Below are positions 1-13,485 of a stretch of 64,000 nt of DNA, piece after piece. Numbering within the stretch: position 1 is the stretch's first letter; each line of letters begins with the position of its first letter. The position numbers were made by a program, and so were the translations under genes. The stretch is from assembly GCA_951406725.2 (NCBI GenBank), contig OX597821.1, positions 87,358,001 through 87,422,000 of the forward strand. Direction: 5' to 3'. The notes beneath the pieces were generated by a model. It was not told where the DNA came from and did not search any database. It worked only from the letters and a program-made list of their open reading frames with translations. This DNA is from Octopus vulgaris. Its lineage: Eukaryota.

Positions 1-35
1 AGAGATAGATAGATAGATAAAGAGACAGATGATAG

Positions 36-40
<5 letters not shown>

Positions 41-102
<62 letters not shown>
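41..102. repeat. (GA)n microsatellite
   Basis: Pure GA run. Confidence 0.95.
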
Positions 103-105
<3 letters not shown>

Positions 106-713
106 TGGGATAGTCTAATAGATATACAAATGGATAACTAGACGGATATATAGATAAATGACTGAATAGATCGATAAACTGAAAGTGAAAAACAAAACAA
201 AAAGGAAAGAAAATACATAAAAGAAGAGAAAAATAGACAATGTTGGTAACACAAAATGATTAAACTAGAGGGTGTGGTGGGGTGAAGAAGGAAAGAAAAA
301 GGTGAAGGAATATTCAGACGAGAGGCAGACAGTGCGCCAGTCAGATAGACAGACAGACGAGGAATAAAGAAAAAAAATGCAGAAGAGATATCAAAAGAAG
401 GAAAGAAAAGACGAATTATTGGACGAAATAAAGAAAGATTTGAACAGGAAATTTGTTATTTAGACAGGAACAGTACAGTATTTTTTCCTTAGGACATGAA
501 GAGTTTATGTAAATTTGGGGCGTTCATGAATTTTGTCTTCTCCAAAGAACAAAGCAAAAAAGATTGATAAAAAAAACACACGGTTCGATCATAATGAAGG
601 CTGCCCGAGAGAATCTAAGACTAAATATTGGGGCGACAGTGACATCGAAGTTCCGGTTAGTTAGATTTCGGTTTGACGTTAAATAGTTTTTATTATAACT
701 TGATGTGAAAATA

Positions 714-761
<48 letters not shown>

Positions 762-989
762 AAACAAAGAATTAGTTATTTGGATTAAGAGAAAAAGGTT
801 TGGTTCTTAGTTCAATCTGTTCTTAGTTCAACCATACATATTGTAGTACACTTTTAATACGTTACTAAATTATAATAATAGTATAATAGTTACAAAATTG
901 CAAAATGGTTACAACAGCGAATCGAAAACCTGTCCCGTCAGAGACTCGGCTCTCGGAAAAATTGTTCTCTATGACACTCGATAATTTTG

Positions 990-1183
990 GTACAAGGCCA
1001 ACATGTCTGTAGGAGTGGATAAATAAATTACATCGACCCCAGTGTTCAGCTAGTACTTATTTTATCGACCACAAAAGGATGAAAACCAAATTCGACCTCG
1101 GTGGAATTTGAACTCAAAACGTATAGACGGACGAAATGCCGCTAGTCATTTTTCCTGGCTTGCTGCCAGATCGCCGTCCTTAA
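990..1183 (-). mobile_element. Diverged SINE B copy
   Basis: Contains atcgacc..aaaaggatgaaa..aattcgacctcggtggaatttgaactc, the reverse complement of the SINE B body and head. Confidence 0.8.
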
Positions 1184-1340
1184 CACTAAATAATGATAAT
1201 GATTTTTTACACTGATTAAAAAAAAAACCCACAGATTAATCAAGGAACAGTATCGTAGATTAATTAACCTTCTTTCGTTGACCTAAAAGACATAAGCAAA
1301 CTTACTCACAGTGGGATTTGAACTCAAATAATTAATAAAT

Positions 1341-1753
1341 GTGGCTGTGTGGTAAGTAGCTTGCTTACCAGCCACATGGTTCCGGGTTCAGTCCCACTAT
1401 TTGGCATCTTGGGCAAGTGTCTTCTACTATAGCCTCGGGCCGACCAAAGCCTTGTGGGTGGATTTGGTAGACGGAAACTGAAAGAAGCCCGTCGTATATA
1501 TGTATATATATATATATATATGCGTGTGTGTGTTTGTGTGTCTGTGTTTGTCCTCCTAGCATTGCTTGACAACCGATGCTGGTGTGTTTATGTCCCCGTC
1601 ACTTAGCGGTTCGGCAAAAGAGACCGATAGAATAAGTACTGGGCTTACAAAGAATAAGTCCCAGGGTCGAGTTGCTCGATTAAAGGCGGTGCTCCAGCAT
1701 GGCCACAGTCAGATGACTGAAACAAGTAAAAGAGTAAAAGAGAGTAAAGAGTA
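1341..1753 (+). mobile_element. SINE A (tRNA-derived head, CORE-like cttgggcaagtgtctt, internal TA/TG microsatellite, (gtaaaaga)n tail)
   Basis: Box A-like gtggctgtgtggtaag and box B-like gggttcagtccc; near-identical to about 10 other copies in the window. Confidence 0.92.
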
Positions 1754-1828
1754 TATAGACGAAGCACTGAGCCTGGATTCTATTATTCAAAACAAAAGAA
1801 CCGATAGTATTATTTGATGGTATACAAA

Positions 1829-1966
1829 GGCGGTGAGCTGGCAGAATCGTTAGCACGCCGGACGAAAATACGTAGCGGCATTTCGTCCGTCTTTGTCTAC
1901 GGAGTTCAAATTCCGGTAAAGTCGCCTTTGCCTTTCATCCTTTCGGAGTTAATAAAATAAGTACCA
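1829..1966 (+). mobile_element. SINE B 5' part, interrupted by a SINE A
   Basis: ggcggtgagctggcagaatcgttagcacgccgg...gagttcaaattcc...cctttcatcctttcgg...aagtacca, followed directly by the SINE A head. Confidence 0.85.
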
Positions 1967-1969
1967 ATA

Positions 1970-2357
1970 GGCGCAGGAGTAGTAAGTAGCTTGCTTACCA
2001 ACCACATGGTTCTAGGTTCAGTCCCACTGCATGGAACTTTGGGCAAGTGTCTTCTACTATAGTCACGGGTCGACCAAAGCCTTGTGAGTGGATTTGGCAT
2101 ACGGAAACTGAAAGAAGCCCGTCGTATATATATATATATAGCTATATGTGTTTGTGTATCTGTGTTTATCACACCCCACCATCGCTTGACAACCGATGTT
2201 GGTGTGTTTACGTCACCGTAACTTAGCGGTTCGGCAAAAGAGACCGATAGAATAAGTACTAGGCTTACAAAGAATAAGTCCTGCGGCTCGATTTGTTCGA
2301 CTAAAGGCTGTGCTCCAGCATGGACGCGGTCAAATGACAGAAACAAATAAAAGAATA
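1970..2357 (+). mobile_element. SINE A
   Basis: Full-length copy from ggcgcaggagt to gacagaaacaaataaaagaa. Confidence 0.92.
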
Positions 2358-2533
2358 ACAGAATATCTCCCTCGAGTCCTATGTTGCAAGGTCGGTCCTT
2401 TATTACATGTTTCATTACGCTAAAAACATTTTTTCTTGAATGTGTACCGTTGAAATCGGAGTGCGTCTACTATGCTCACCGCCTTATTGAAAGAAGTGTT
2501 CAAAAACCGGGTACAGTCAATTATACGAGTGTG

Positions 2534-2538
<5 letters not shown>

Positions 2539-2618
<80 letters not shown>
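2539..2618. repeat. (TG)n(AG)n compound microsatellite
   Basis: Seen directly. Confidence 0.95.
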
Positions 2619-2622
<4 letters not shown>

Positions 2623-2824
2623 GAGAGATGAAAACTGGGGATAATGTGGCATTGAGAAGAAGAAAGAATAAAAGAGAAACAGGGTAAGAGAGTAAGCAGA
2701 CAAATAGAATTGCTTTTCGATACCAAAAGTTGAATGACGTAGTTAACCTCCAGAACGTAAATGGATTCGGCTAAATATCAGAACAGAGTCGACAAGCCAA
2801 GGTTGACTTTTAATAAAAATAATA

Positions 2825-3262
2825 ATTACTCTTTTCTACTCTAGGTACAAGGCCCGAAATTTTTGTGGGGGAGAAGGCCAGTCAATTAAATCGACCCCAC
2901 TACGCAACTGGTACTTAATTTATCGACTTCGAAAGGATGAAACGCAAAGTCGACCATGGCGGAATTTGAACTCAGAACGTAACGGCAGACGAAATACCGC
3001 TAAGTATCGCCCGGCGTGCTATCGTTTCTTATTTCTTTACTGCCCACAAGGGGCTACACACAGAGGGGACAAACAAGGACAGACAAACGGATTAAGTCGA
3101 TTATATCGACCCCAGTGCGTAACTGGTACTTATTTAATCGACCCTGGAAAGATGAAAGGCAAAGTCGACCTCGGCGGAATTTGAACTCAGAAAGTAGCGG
3201 CTGACGAAATATCGCTAAGTATTTCGCCCGGCATGCTAACGTTTCTGCCAGCTCACCGCCTT
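2825..3262 (-). mobile_element. SINE B dimer (tail-1 unit followed by tail-2 unit)
   Basis: Two bodies; junction gtttc|ttatttc at about 3028. Confidence 0.88.
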
Positions 3263-3718
3263 AATCGATTAATTATATCGGCCCACCAGTACTTAACTGT
3301 TACTTTATTTTATCGAACTTAGGAGGGATGAAACGCAGAGTTGACATCGAGGGGATTTGAACACAGAGCGTAATGAGTCGGAAGAAATACCGTAAGAAAT
3401 TGCCTCCGATGTTCTAACGATTATACATGAGGCCCCGGGCGGAAATTGAAACGGCTTTCATTCTGGTAAACCTGCCAAGAACATAACCTGTTAATTTCTT
3501 AAGTACATTTTCAACCTCATCAACAGGTCTTTGCCCATCGAGCATTTTAGATAGTAGCAATAAAGAAATCATTATTTAATACTAAATACTTAAGATAATT
3601 TTTATCGCAATATTTTTGAAAAAATAAATTTTTGATTTGGTCCTAAAAAAGACCACGGTTCACATTCGTCCACTGCAAAAAGATCCTCTCCAAATAGAAT
3701 AAAGATTTGTCTGAATGC

Positions 3719-4292
3719 TTATTTCTTCACTAGCCACAAGGGGCTAAACACAGAGGGGACAAACAAGGACAGACAAACGGATTAAGTCGATTATGTCGAC
3801 CCCAATGCGTAACTGGTACTTATTTAATCGACCCCGAAAAGATGAAAGGCAAAGTCGACCTCGGCGGAATTTGAACTCGAAATACCTATTTCTTTATTAC
3901 CCACAAGGGGCTAAACACAGAGGGGACAAACAAGGACAGACATAGGTATTAAGTCGATTATATCGACCCCAGTGCGTAACTGGTACTTAATTTATCGACC
4001 CCGAAAGGATGAAAGGCAAAGTCGACCTCGGCGGAATTTGAACTCACAACGTAATGCAGACGAAATACCTATTTCTTTACTACCCACAAAGGGCTAAACA
4101 CAGAGAAGACAAACAAGGACAGACAAACGGATTAAGTCGATTATATCGATCCCAGTGCATAACTGGTACTTAATTTATCGACCCCGAAAGGATGAAAGGC
4201 AAAGTCGACCTCGGCGGAATTTGAACTCAGAACGTAACGGCAGACGAAATACCGCTAAGCATTTCGCCCGGCGTGCTAACGTTTCTGCCAGC
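3719..4292 (-). mobile_element. SINE B trimer (one head, three body+tail-1 units)
   Basis: Junction gaaatacctatttc at 3879-3892 and 4062-4075; 8-bp TSD ctgaatgc at 3711-3718 and 4293-4300. Confidence 0.9.
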
Positions 4293-4809
4293 CTGAATGC
4301 CGTTTGTTGAAACACCCCAATATATAAAGGCTAGCGTCGCATTCTACGCATTGTTATGAAACTTTTTTCTTGCAATAGGCACAATAAGAAAAAGCAGTAA
4401 TTCACGCTATTTACATAATTGTTATGATGCATCGGTGCATCATGAACATAAAAATACTAAGTTTTCAATCCACGAAAGTCTGCCAATGAAATTCATTTTC
4501 TAATACGCACAATAAATGGAATATAGGAAGTCCTTATGACCTTGGTTCTTGTTTAAGACCGAACTTTCAGAGTAAGCTGTTTCTGAACAAAATCTCTTAA
4601 CAAGATTTACTCAACTTTATAGGATAATTAAAACAGTCACGATTACTACTCATCTAAAAATATATCTTGAATTTTAAAAAATCGGTGTAATTACGTATGT
4701 GTTTGTCTTCAAGATTTTCACCCAATACTGAATGTTGAGATATTTAAAAGATACTCTATGATTAATTAAATACATCTCTGAAAAATACAATTGCTGGTTA
4801 AATATTAAT

Positions 4810-4988
4810 TTCAAATTCCGTGGGAGGGAGTCAGCCGGCTACATCAACCCTAGTGTTCAGCTGGCACTTATTTTATTGACCCTGAAGCGATGAAAGGCAG
4901 AGTCATTCTTGGTGGAATTTGAACTCAGAATGTGAAGACGGACGAAATGCCGCTAAGCATTTCGCCCGGTGTACTAACGATTCTGACT
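4810..4988 (-). mobile_element. Older SINE B copy
   Basis: Diverged body and head; flanked by gctggt(t/c)aaatat at 4793 and 4990. Confidence 0.8.
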
Positions 4989-5002
4989 TGCTGGTCAAAT
5001 AT

Positions 5003-5588
5003 TACTATCTTTTATAGGCACAAGGCCTGAAATTTATGGGAGGGAGCCTAGTCGATTACATCGAACCCAGGGTTTCCCTGGTACTTAATTAACCAACCCC
5101 GAAAGAATGAACGGCAAAGTCGACATCGGCGGAAGTTGAACTCAGAACGTAATGTAATGACAGACGGAATATCTATTTCTATTTCTTTACTACCCACAAG
5201 GGGCTAAACATAGAGGAGACAAACAAAGACAGACAAACAGATTAAGTCGATTATATCGACCCCAGTGCGTAACTGGTACTTAATTTATCGACACCGAAAG
5301 GATGAAAGGCAAAGTCGACCTCGGCGGAATTTGAACTCACAACGTAACGTCAGACGAAATACCTATTTCTTTACTACCCACAAGGGGCTAAACACAGAGA
5401 GGACAAACAAGGACAGACAAACGGATTAAGTCGATTATATCGACTCTAGTGCGTAACTGGTACTTATTTAATCGACCCCGAAAGGATGGAAAGCAAAGTC
5501 GACCTCGACCTCAGAACGTAGCGGCAGACGAAATACCGCTAGGCATTTCGCCCAGTGTGCTAACGTTTCTGCCAGTTTGCCGCCTTAA
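5003..5588 (-). mobile_element. SINE B trimer (tail-1, tail-1, tail-2)
   Basis: Junctions at 5166-5179 and 5356-5369; 13-bp TSD gctggtcaaatat at 4990-5002 and 5589-5601. Confidence 0.9.
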
Positions 5589-5771
5589 GCTGGTCAAATA
5601 TCAATAACTATTCTTGTCTTAAAAACAAGAAAGGACTATAAGCGCAAATGGGTTAACTCTAAAACACATTCGAAGTAAATTAAGAAACTGTTAATATACA
5701 TATGACCAAATGTCGTTCGTTAGTAACATAAGTAAAATAAAGTGAATTAATTTGTCATTGAAATATACTGA

Positions 5772-5962
5772 GGTGCAAGAGTGGCTGTGTGGTAAGTAGC
5801 TTGCTTACCAACCACATGGTTCCGGGTTCATTCCCAATGCGTGGCACATTGGTCAAGTGTCTTCTACTATAACCTCGGGCCGACCAAAGCCTTGTGAGTG
5901 GATTTGGTAGACGGAAACTGAAAGAAGCCCGTAGTATATATATATATATATATATATATATC

Positions 5963-5997
<35 letters not shown>

Positions 5998-6206
5998 ATG
6001 TTTGTGGGTCTGTGTTTGTCCCCTCCAACATCACTTGACAACCAATGGTGGTGTGTTTACGTCCCCGTAACTTAGCGGTTCGGCAAAAGAGATCGATAGA
6101 ATAAGTACTAGGCTTCCAAAGAATAAGTCCTGGGGTCGATTTGCTCGACTAAAGGTGGTGCTCCAGCATGACCGCAGTCAAATGACTGAAACAAGTAAAA
6201 GAGTAA
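5772..6206 (+). mobile_element. SINE A
   Basis: Full-length copy. Confidence 0.92.
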
Positions 6207-6519
6207 TCGTAAGTTGTGCATTTGTGTTGATTATACTGATGTAGCTCGGGGGACCCTTTGTTGAAGGCATTCTGACAAGGAACATCTTTTGTTTATTTAT
6301 TTAGGTGACGGTAGGTTAGGTATTGATTTTTGGGATATTCATTGCTATTTCTAGCACAAAGAGTGACGATTTAGATGCTTCCTTGTTGGGGTTGTTGTTG
6401 TCGGAATTTCTTAGTCCTGGGTCAGCTGTAACGGAGAAGGCCTATAATGAAAATGCGAGCATCTCATCTCTTTGTTCAATATCTTTCGTATTTAAACTGA
6501 TTGCGTAGTTTAAAATAGG

Positions 6520-6597
6520 TTTGACTGCTATTTCTAGCAAGCTGAGTTTGACTGCTATTTCTAGCAAGCTGAGTTTGACTGCTATTTCTAGCAAGCT
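6520..6597. repeat. 27-bp tandem repeat, about 3 copies (ttgactgctatttctagcaagctgagt)
   Basis: Seen directly; the gctatttctagca motif recurs at about 6344 and 12795, probably the tail of an older repeat. Confidence 0.9.
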
Positions 6598-7005
6598 AAT
6601 GCTAGTGAGGGAGGTGCTGACGGTTGAGTTTATAACGATGATGATCGACTGGAGTCTACTTCAATACAGGACAATTTAAATATGATACAACGGGTACAAA
6701 ACAGTTTAATCCAGCTGTCCGCGCATGCGTATGAGTTTGAACGAAAGTGTGCGTGCGTGCCCAGTCGTGTACACACGCACAAACACGAGCTCCTGTTGAT
6801 CTTGATGTTGTAGTTTCGACCTACGATCAAAGATAATCCAGCTTTGCTCTGATTATCCCGTCTTTTTAGGACGTTTCTCATACTATATAAGCAAAAATGT
6901 CACTCACTTTTATTACGGCAGTGTAGGATTTGCCGGAGAATCGGCGATCATTACGATGTGTCTGCGCATGTATGTATGACTGTATGTATGTGTGTGTCCG
7001 TGTGC

Positions 7006-7055
<50 letters not shown>

Positions 7056-7351
7056 ATATGTATGTGCACGTGGGTGGGTGTTCGTGTGTGCGTACATGTA
7101 TTTATGTGTATTCCGATGAAAGTTGTATGGTCCAGTTACGTCAAAAAGTAACGCAACCGTTCGATGAAAAAAACCAGTAAAATAACCAATAAGTAACAAA
7201 CAAAATTAAGTACTGGGTCCGATATAATCGATTAAGATCGTTCAAAGCAATAACAGTAACAGAATAAAAGAATACACATGCACATGCGCACAAGCACGTA
7301 CGATGTGTGTACATAAATGTGTGTATAAGTGTTTCACACACACACGCACAT

Positions 7352-7383
<32 letters not shown>

Positions 7384-7455
7384 GTGTGTGTTTGTATATA
7401 TAAGCATGCATGTATGTATGTATGTATGTATGTATGTTTGTATACATACACACGT

Positions 7456-7486
<31 letters not shown>

Positions 7487-8249
7487 GATAGATGTGTGTG
7501 TTTGTATATATAAGCATGCATGTATGTATGTATATATACATACACACGTACACACACACACATATATATGTATGTATGTGTGTGTGTGTGTGTGTAAATC
7601 CCCACGCGCAAATCTCAAGCTTCTTGGAACCAGAAACGGAAGGTTGACCATTTATCGTATCATTCCAGGTGTCAATCATTGCAAAAATGAAACACCATCA
7701 CTTGCGTTGTCTCCCCCTCTCGAGGGTACGGGATGTGATGAACAGGCAAAAGAAGTCAAGATTCTTCGATTAATCGTGGGACTGCGTTGAAAAACTCTGT
7801 CTTTTAAGAGTAATGGTGTTGATGTTGTTTGGTTGCATGTCTTCATCACCATGGTAACCCGTGACAGAAAGCACTACATTGAGAATTTTGGCGCAAAATG
7901 TCATACATGAAACTGAGTTCGTAGGCTCCTTATTCACACACACACAAACACACACACACAGATTGCATATTTTACGGAACCCGGAACCATGCGGTTGGTA
8001 AGCAAGCTACTTGCCACACAGCCACTCGCTAAGCTTTCAGGGAGAAAATGAGCATGCGGAAACTGTTCGGAAGCCCGTCGGATAGACTCTACCTAATATT
8101 CAATGGGTCTCCTTTGTTGAGTTTTTCCTCAGAACTATGCTATGGCGATATTCAGCCTACGCAATCGTTAGTAAGTACGCCGTTCCGTTGGTTGACGAAC
8201 AATTGAAATACACATCGTCGACAGCGATTTCTCATTCACCACCATCTAA

Positions 8250-8280
<31 letters not shown>

Positions 8281-8514
8281 GCATGCAGTACACTAACACA
8301 TTCTTGCGAATATCGATTTCCTTTGATTAAACATCAGAACAAGGTCGGTATTACATGATCAGAATCAACACAGGTTTATTTCTGGGATATATTTCAACTA
8401 CCTGTGCTAGATAAAAGGCACTGTTGACGCTGGTGCGATTTGAACTCACAATGACGAGACATAAAATTTATTGTAAAATATGCAATCTGTTTCCCTGCTT
8501 CTGCAAACCTTAAT

Positions 8515-8962
8515 AATGGCATCAAACTTTGGTACGAGACTGTCAATTTTAAGGAAAGGATGTGAGTCGATTACATCGGTTCCAATACGTGAGTAGTATT
8601 TATTTTATCGACCCCGAAAGTATTAAGGGCAAAGTTGGCCTCGGCGGTATTTGAACTGAGAACTGTAAGAAATGCCATTATGCATTTTGTCCGACTCGCT
8701 AACGACTCTACCAGCTCACCGCCTTCACCGCTTTAATAATGGTTTAAAATTTTGGTACATGGACAGCATTCTGTGGGGGAGGGGATCATCAATTATATGC
8801 CTTCACCGACCAGTACGCAACTGGTACTTATTTTATCGCCTCCGAAAGGAAGAAAGGCAAAATTAACCTCGACGGTATTTGGACTCCGAACGTAGATAGC
8901 CGGAAGAAATGCAGCGAAGCATTTTTGTCCGACACACTAATGACTCAACCAGCTTGCCGCTT
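8515..8962 (-). mobile_element. Two adjacent diverged SINE B copies
   Basis: ttttatcgaccccgaaa...ctcggcggtatttgaact-like motif twice. Confidence 0.75.
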
Positions 8963-9866
8963 CACTATAATAATTAGTGGCATCCACTACAGAAACTATG
9001 TATTTCTATAAAATCAGTCAGAGGAAAACTGCCCTTCCTTCCCAGCTAAAAGAAGGGCAATGGAACAATTTTTGCTGTGGACTCGGCCGATAATCGGATT
9101 CGTCCTGCGATTTGAAAATAAATGTTTTTTGCTTTGCCAAATACCACACATTCTGAAGAATAGGGAGTATTGATTAAATTGATTGACATCAGTACTTCGT
9201 TGGTACTTATGTTATCAATCCAGAGACACTGAAAAGCCAATGAATAACTCCAGAGGGATTTGATCCCAGAACTGAGACATACCCAAGTGCTTTAAGGCAT
9301 TTAATGTGTCGATTTACAACTTCTGTCACTAAGCGCCCTTAATAATTGCTTTCTAAGAAAAACAAATCCACGTATGTTTGTGAGTGGTACAAATAAATTG
9401 CAGCCTTTGGTGGATACTTAATTAATTAATTAATCAAGTTTATTGGGAATGAAAAACACAGTTGACCTCAGCTGGATTTGAGCTCCGAACTTGAAAGGAT
9501 ACAATTATATACTGCAAAGTATTTAATCCGTTTCTCAACCGTTTCGGTCACTCTCTGCCCAATTGAATCTTTACAGCAATTATAATTTTACTTTTCATTG
9601 ACATTAAGCCCAGGACCATACACATTTATAATGAAACAGAAAATGTAATTAAATCCTTTTCGTGTCTTTTCTTAATGAATTTAGCGACATATGGATAGAG
9701 AAACTGCTACTAGAAGAAATATCGAAACAGATATGGATACGTAAATAAACGTTTATAAAATTGGTGTGTGTATATATACCAATATACATTCACTACCCCA
9801 ACTCTATCTAATTTAGACTCACGCACTCACATGTAAATTTCTACCTCGTTATATACATTTTATCTT

Positions 9867-9931
<65 letters not shown>

Positions 9932-10092
9932 CTACAGCGCTTTCTATTTCCTTAGACGCCGAAATACTCCACTCTTTACAGATAGCATTAATAATATACA
10001 GCCACTTGCATGCTTTCATTCATAAATACCTGTATAGACTGTGCTAACGACACTATCTACAAATACCTTGCTCCGTATGTATATTTTCAGCT

Positions 10093-10094
<2 letters not shown>

Positions 10095-10181
<87 letters not shown>

Positions 10182-10192
10182 ATCCATCCATC

Positions 10193-10242
<50 letters not shown>

Positions 10243-10404
10243 CTTTTTTTTTTAATTTCATTCCCCCCTTTTTTGTCCTCTTTCTTTCCCTTTACGATCC
10301 CTTTTGATCGAAAACCAAACCCCATTTTTTTACCTCCAAAAGAAAAGCTCTACCTTGTAATTTGTCCTGTCTGTGTGCAGCCCTGTGTGGCTAATAAAGA
10401 AACA

Positions 10405-10460
<56 letters not shown>

Positions 10461-10640
10461 CATCCATCCATCCATCCATCCATCCATCCATCCATCCGTC
10501 TGCCTGTCTGTCTATCTATCTGTCTATCCATCCATCCATCCATCCATCCATCCATCCATCCATCCATCAATCCGTCCGTCCGTCCGTCCGTCCGTCCGTC
10601 CGTCCGTCCGTCCGTCCGTCTGTCTGTCTCTCTGTCTGTC
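10095..10640. repeat. Compound (ATCT)n/(CCAT)n/(CCGT)n/(CTGT)n microsatellite region
   Basis: Seen directly. Confidence 0.95.
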
Positions 10641-11228
10641 TACATGTACTGACACACTTGAGCACACCCACACCAACACCCGTACACATGCACAGTGGTA
10701 CGTTATATCTGTCCGTCGTTTTCCACTTTCGTCTCCAAGTCTTTTATTCTCATCATCCCCGCAACTTTCTCCAGACTGCTAAAGACAATACCGTAGCAGT
10801 GTAGTCAGCATTGGAACTGGCGGCTCTTCAAGCTCTCTCTCTCTCTGTGCATGTGCGTGTATGCATGTGGCGCTATGTACGTGTTTGTACCTGTGTCCTT
10901 GTGTGTGTTAGAGAAATGCTTCTTCTTGTTATGTTGGAACGGAGACGGCCGACCATAAACGAATCTATTTACACCATAGCAGCCAAGCTGCCTCAAAACA
11001 AGACCAGGCCGTCTTCTAAACTGGGCCACGTTGGATGATGTGATCACTAACATACAAAGGGACGAGATGTTTTCAGCTGGAACGTCTTTGATTAAAAAGT
11101 CTACTCGATCAGCCTTGACCTGGGGCTACTGAGCACAAACAACCGCATGAAAACATGCGCAGATACGTACGTTTTAACGAACACATCTAGACATGCATCG
11201 ATTTATCGTTAACCACCGTATGTGTGCT

Positions 11229-11307
<79 letters not shown>

Positions 11308-11365
11308 GACTGTCCTAGCATGACTACAAGCTCACTGGCTGGAAGAAGTGAAATAGCAAATAGTG

Positions 11366-11408
<43 letters not shown>

Positions 11409-11410
<2 letters not shown>

Positions 11411-11561
11411 GGAGTAAACACATAAATGTGAAACAAGGTGGAAAAAAAGAGTACTCAAATACCAGTGGTAGAGTAATATGCTTTATTTAAAGCAGCAGAA
11501 AATTCAACAAAATCTGTTACTCTGAGTTTCTCGTTGCCGTTCATCAGACAGTTTTTGCTAG
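11409..11561 (-). mobile_element. Short Penelope-like terminal fragment inserted in (TA)n
   Basis: Unique ~150-bp insert with TA runs on both sides; carries a hammerhead motif. Minimal hammerheads are an established feature of Penelope-like element pLTRs. Confidence 0.6.
11507..11558 (-). ncRNA. Minimal type I hammerhead ribozyme
   Basis: Minus strand gcaaaaactgt-CTGATGA-a cg GCAA cg a-GAAA-ctcagag-TA-acagattttgt; stem I pairs 10/11, near-palindromic stem III, GUA cleavage triplet. Confidence 0.75.
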
Positions 11562-11724
11562 AATATATATATGCACTCATCTATACGTATATGTATAAAT
11601 GCAACAAAAACAATTAGATGAGCTTATAGAAACTTATATTTAAGACCTGTAGGCACAGACACTCGTAAACAAATATCTTCGCCATTCGCTTGAGTTTTTA
11701 TATACGTACATGTGTATGTATGCG

Positions 11725-12060
11725 AGCATTTTCGAACGGTTAAGAAGTGTGCTTTTGTAGTCATGAGATCCCGATTCGATCCCATTTTGTAAAACCACTG
11801 TGAAATGTTTTGTTACAAAATTATCAGGTCGACCCAACCTTGTAAGTGAAATTGGAATACACAAACAAGAACCATCGGAGGCCTGCGACAGCTACAACTG
11901 TATTTGAAATTCAGAGGGAGGGCCTGTGTCACATGTAGTGTCCCTGTGATTCTGACTGATGATTAAGAGAACGAGTGTCTGCGGAATACTCAGCCAGTTA
12001 CACGTTGTGATACAATGAATAGGAATGGTTTTGTTGAGCGAACAGCGGAAATGGCCAACA
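11725..12060 (+). mobile_element. Old SINE: A-like head and body with C-like tail
   Basis: tcgacccaaccttgtaagtgaaattgg (A-like) followed by gtgtctgcggaatactcagccagttacacgtt (C-tail-like). Confidence 0.55.
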
Positions 12061-12125
12061 TAGAAACTAACGCAAAATCTCTCTCTCTCTTCCTCTCTCT
12101 CTCTCTCCCTCTCTCTCTCTCTCCC

Positions 12126-12180
<55 letters not shown>

Positions 12181-12252
12181 GTCTGTCTGTCTGTCTGTCT
12201 GTCTGTCCCCCTCTCTCTCTGTATATATGGATGGATAGATAGATGGATAGCT

Positions 12253-12335
<83 letters not shown>

Positions 12336-13225
12336 TGATATATAGATAATGGATGGATATATATATATATAGATAGATTGATAGACAGACCAATTTATAC
12401 ACCTTTGTGCCTTTAGAGAATTGCCTTGTGTATAAACGGATCCATGCATATCTGTTGCATGTATGTTCGTCTATCTGTTTTCTCTCTCACACGTGATTAC
12501 TTTAAGCCACATACCCATCTGTACGCACATGCAGACGTTTACATGGTTATGCACATGTATGTACGAGTCCGATCACATGTGTGTGTATATATATATAAAT
12601 GTCTAAATATATACATGGATTTTGTCTTACAAATGTTTAGGCCAACTACGATTAAATAGAACGATAAAATAAAGTATTTCCACTGTGACCATCCCGTATT
12701 AATTTATCAGGACTCAGTGTATTCACCACCACGTTATCGATTGAGTCTTTCCTGTTTTCAGATAGTATTATGTGATTTGGAGGGGGATTTGATGGCTATT
12801 TCTAGCACCTTGGTTCGAATGGGTGGCTGTGCATGCATGTACAGGGATACGGACTTGAAAATACAGAGAATCGTCAATTATACACACACGGCCAGACATT
12901 CCGCGCTGGTGTGTGTGTGCGTATTTGAGCATGTGTGTGTCTGTATGTGCGCCCGAAAGTATATTACGAGTGTATATATTTCTATGTTTCTGCATTTTCG
13001 TAAGAGGACACAAAGATATTTTCCCCCTCAATCTTACCCCCCCCTCTCTCTCTCATTCTTGACTCACACACACACAAACACACGTGCACACACGCATCTG
13101 CATATGTTCATAGACAAATACACAATCGCAGTCACAGGAAAACACGATGATTATAAATACATGCTCAACATATACACACAATAAATGTGAGTGTGTGTGT
13201 GCGTGTGTGCGTGCCTGTACGTGTA

Positions 13226-13271
<46 letters not shown>

Positions 13272-13445
13272 TGAATGTATACGCAAGTAGCTACAAAACT
13301 ATATAATTATATGTGTATACTCACATGATAGCGATCGGATATATTCATATATAAAGGTAAATAAACATGTACGTAGGTGACTGAAGTCAGGTAGACACAC
13401 TATTAGACAGGTAAACAGTCAAGCATTTGCTCCCACCCCTCCACA

Positions 13446-13485
<40 letters not shown>

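Noticed and set aside
1324-2415. Recurrent ORFs such as ..RRASFSFRLPNPLTR..EPGTMWLVSKLLTT
   Set aside because: Translations of SINE A repeated at every copy, not genes
7597-7930. Higher-complexity island that might be coding
   Set aside because: No convincing frame, splice pair or recognisable motif; 31250-31700 and 52075-52460 were likewise left unassigned
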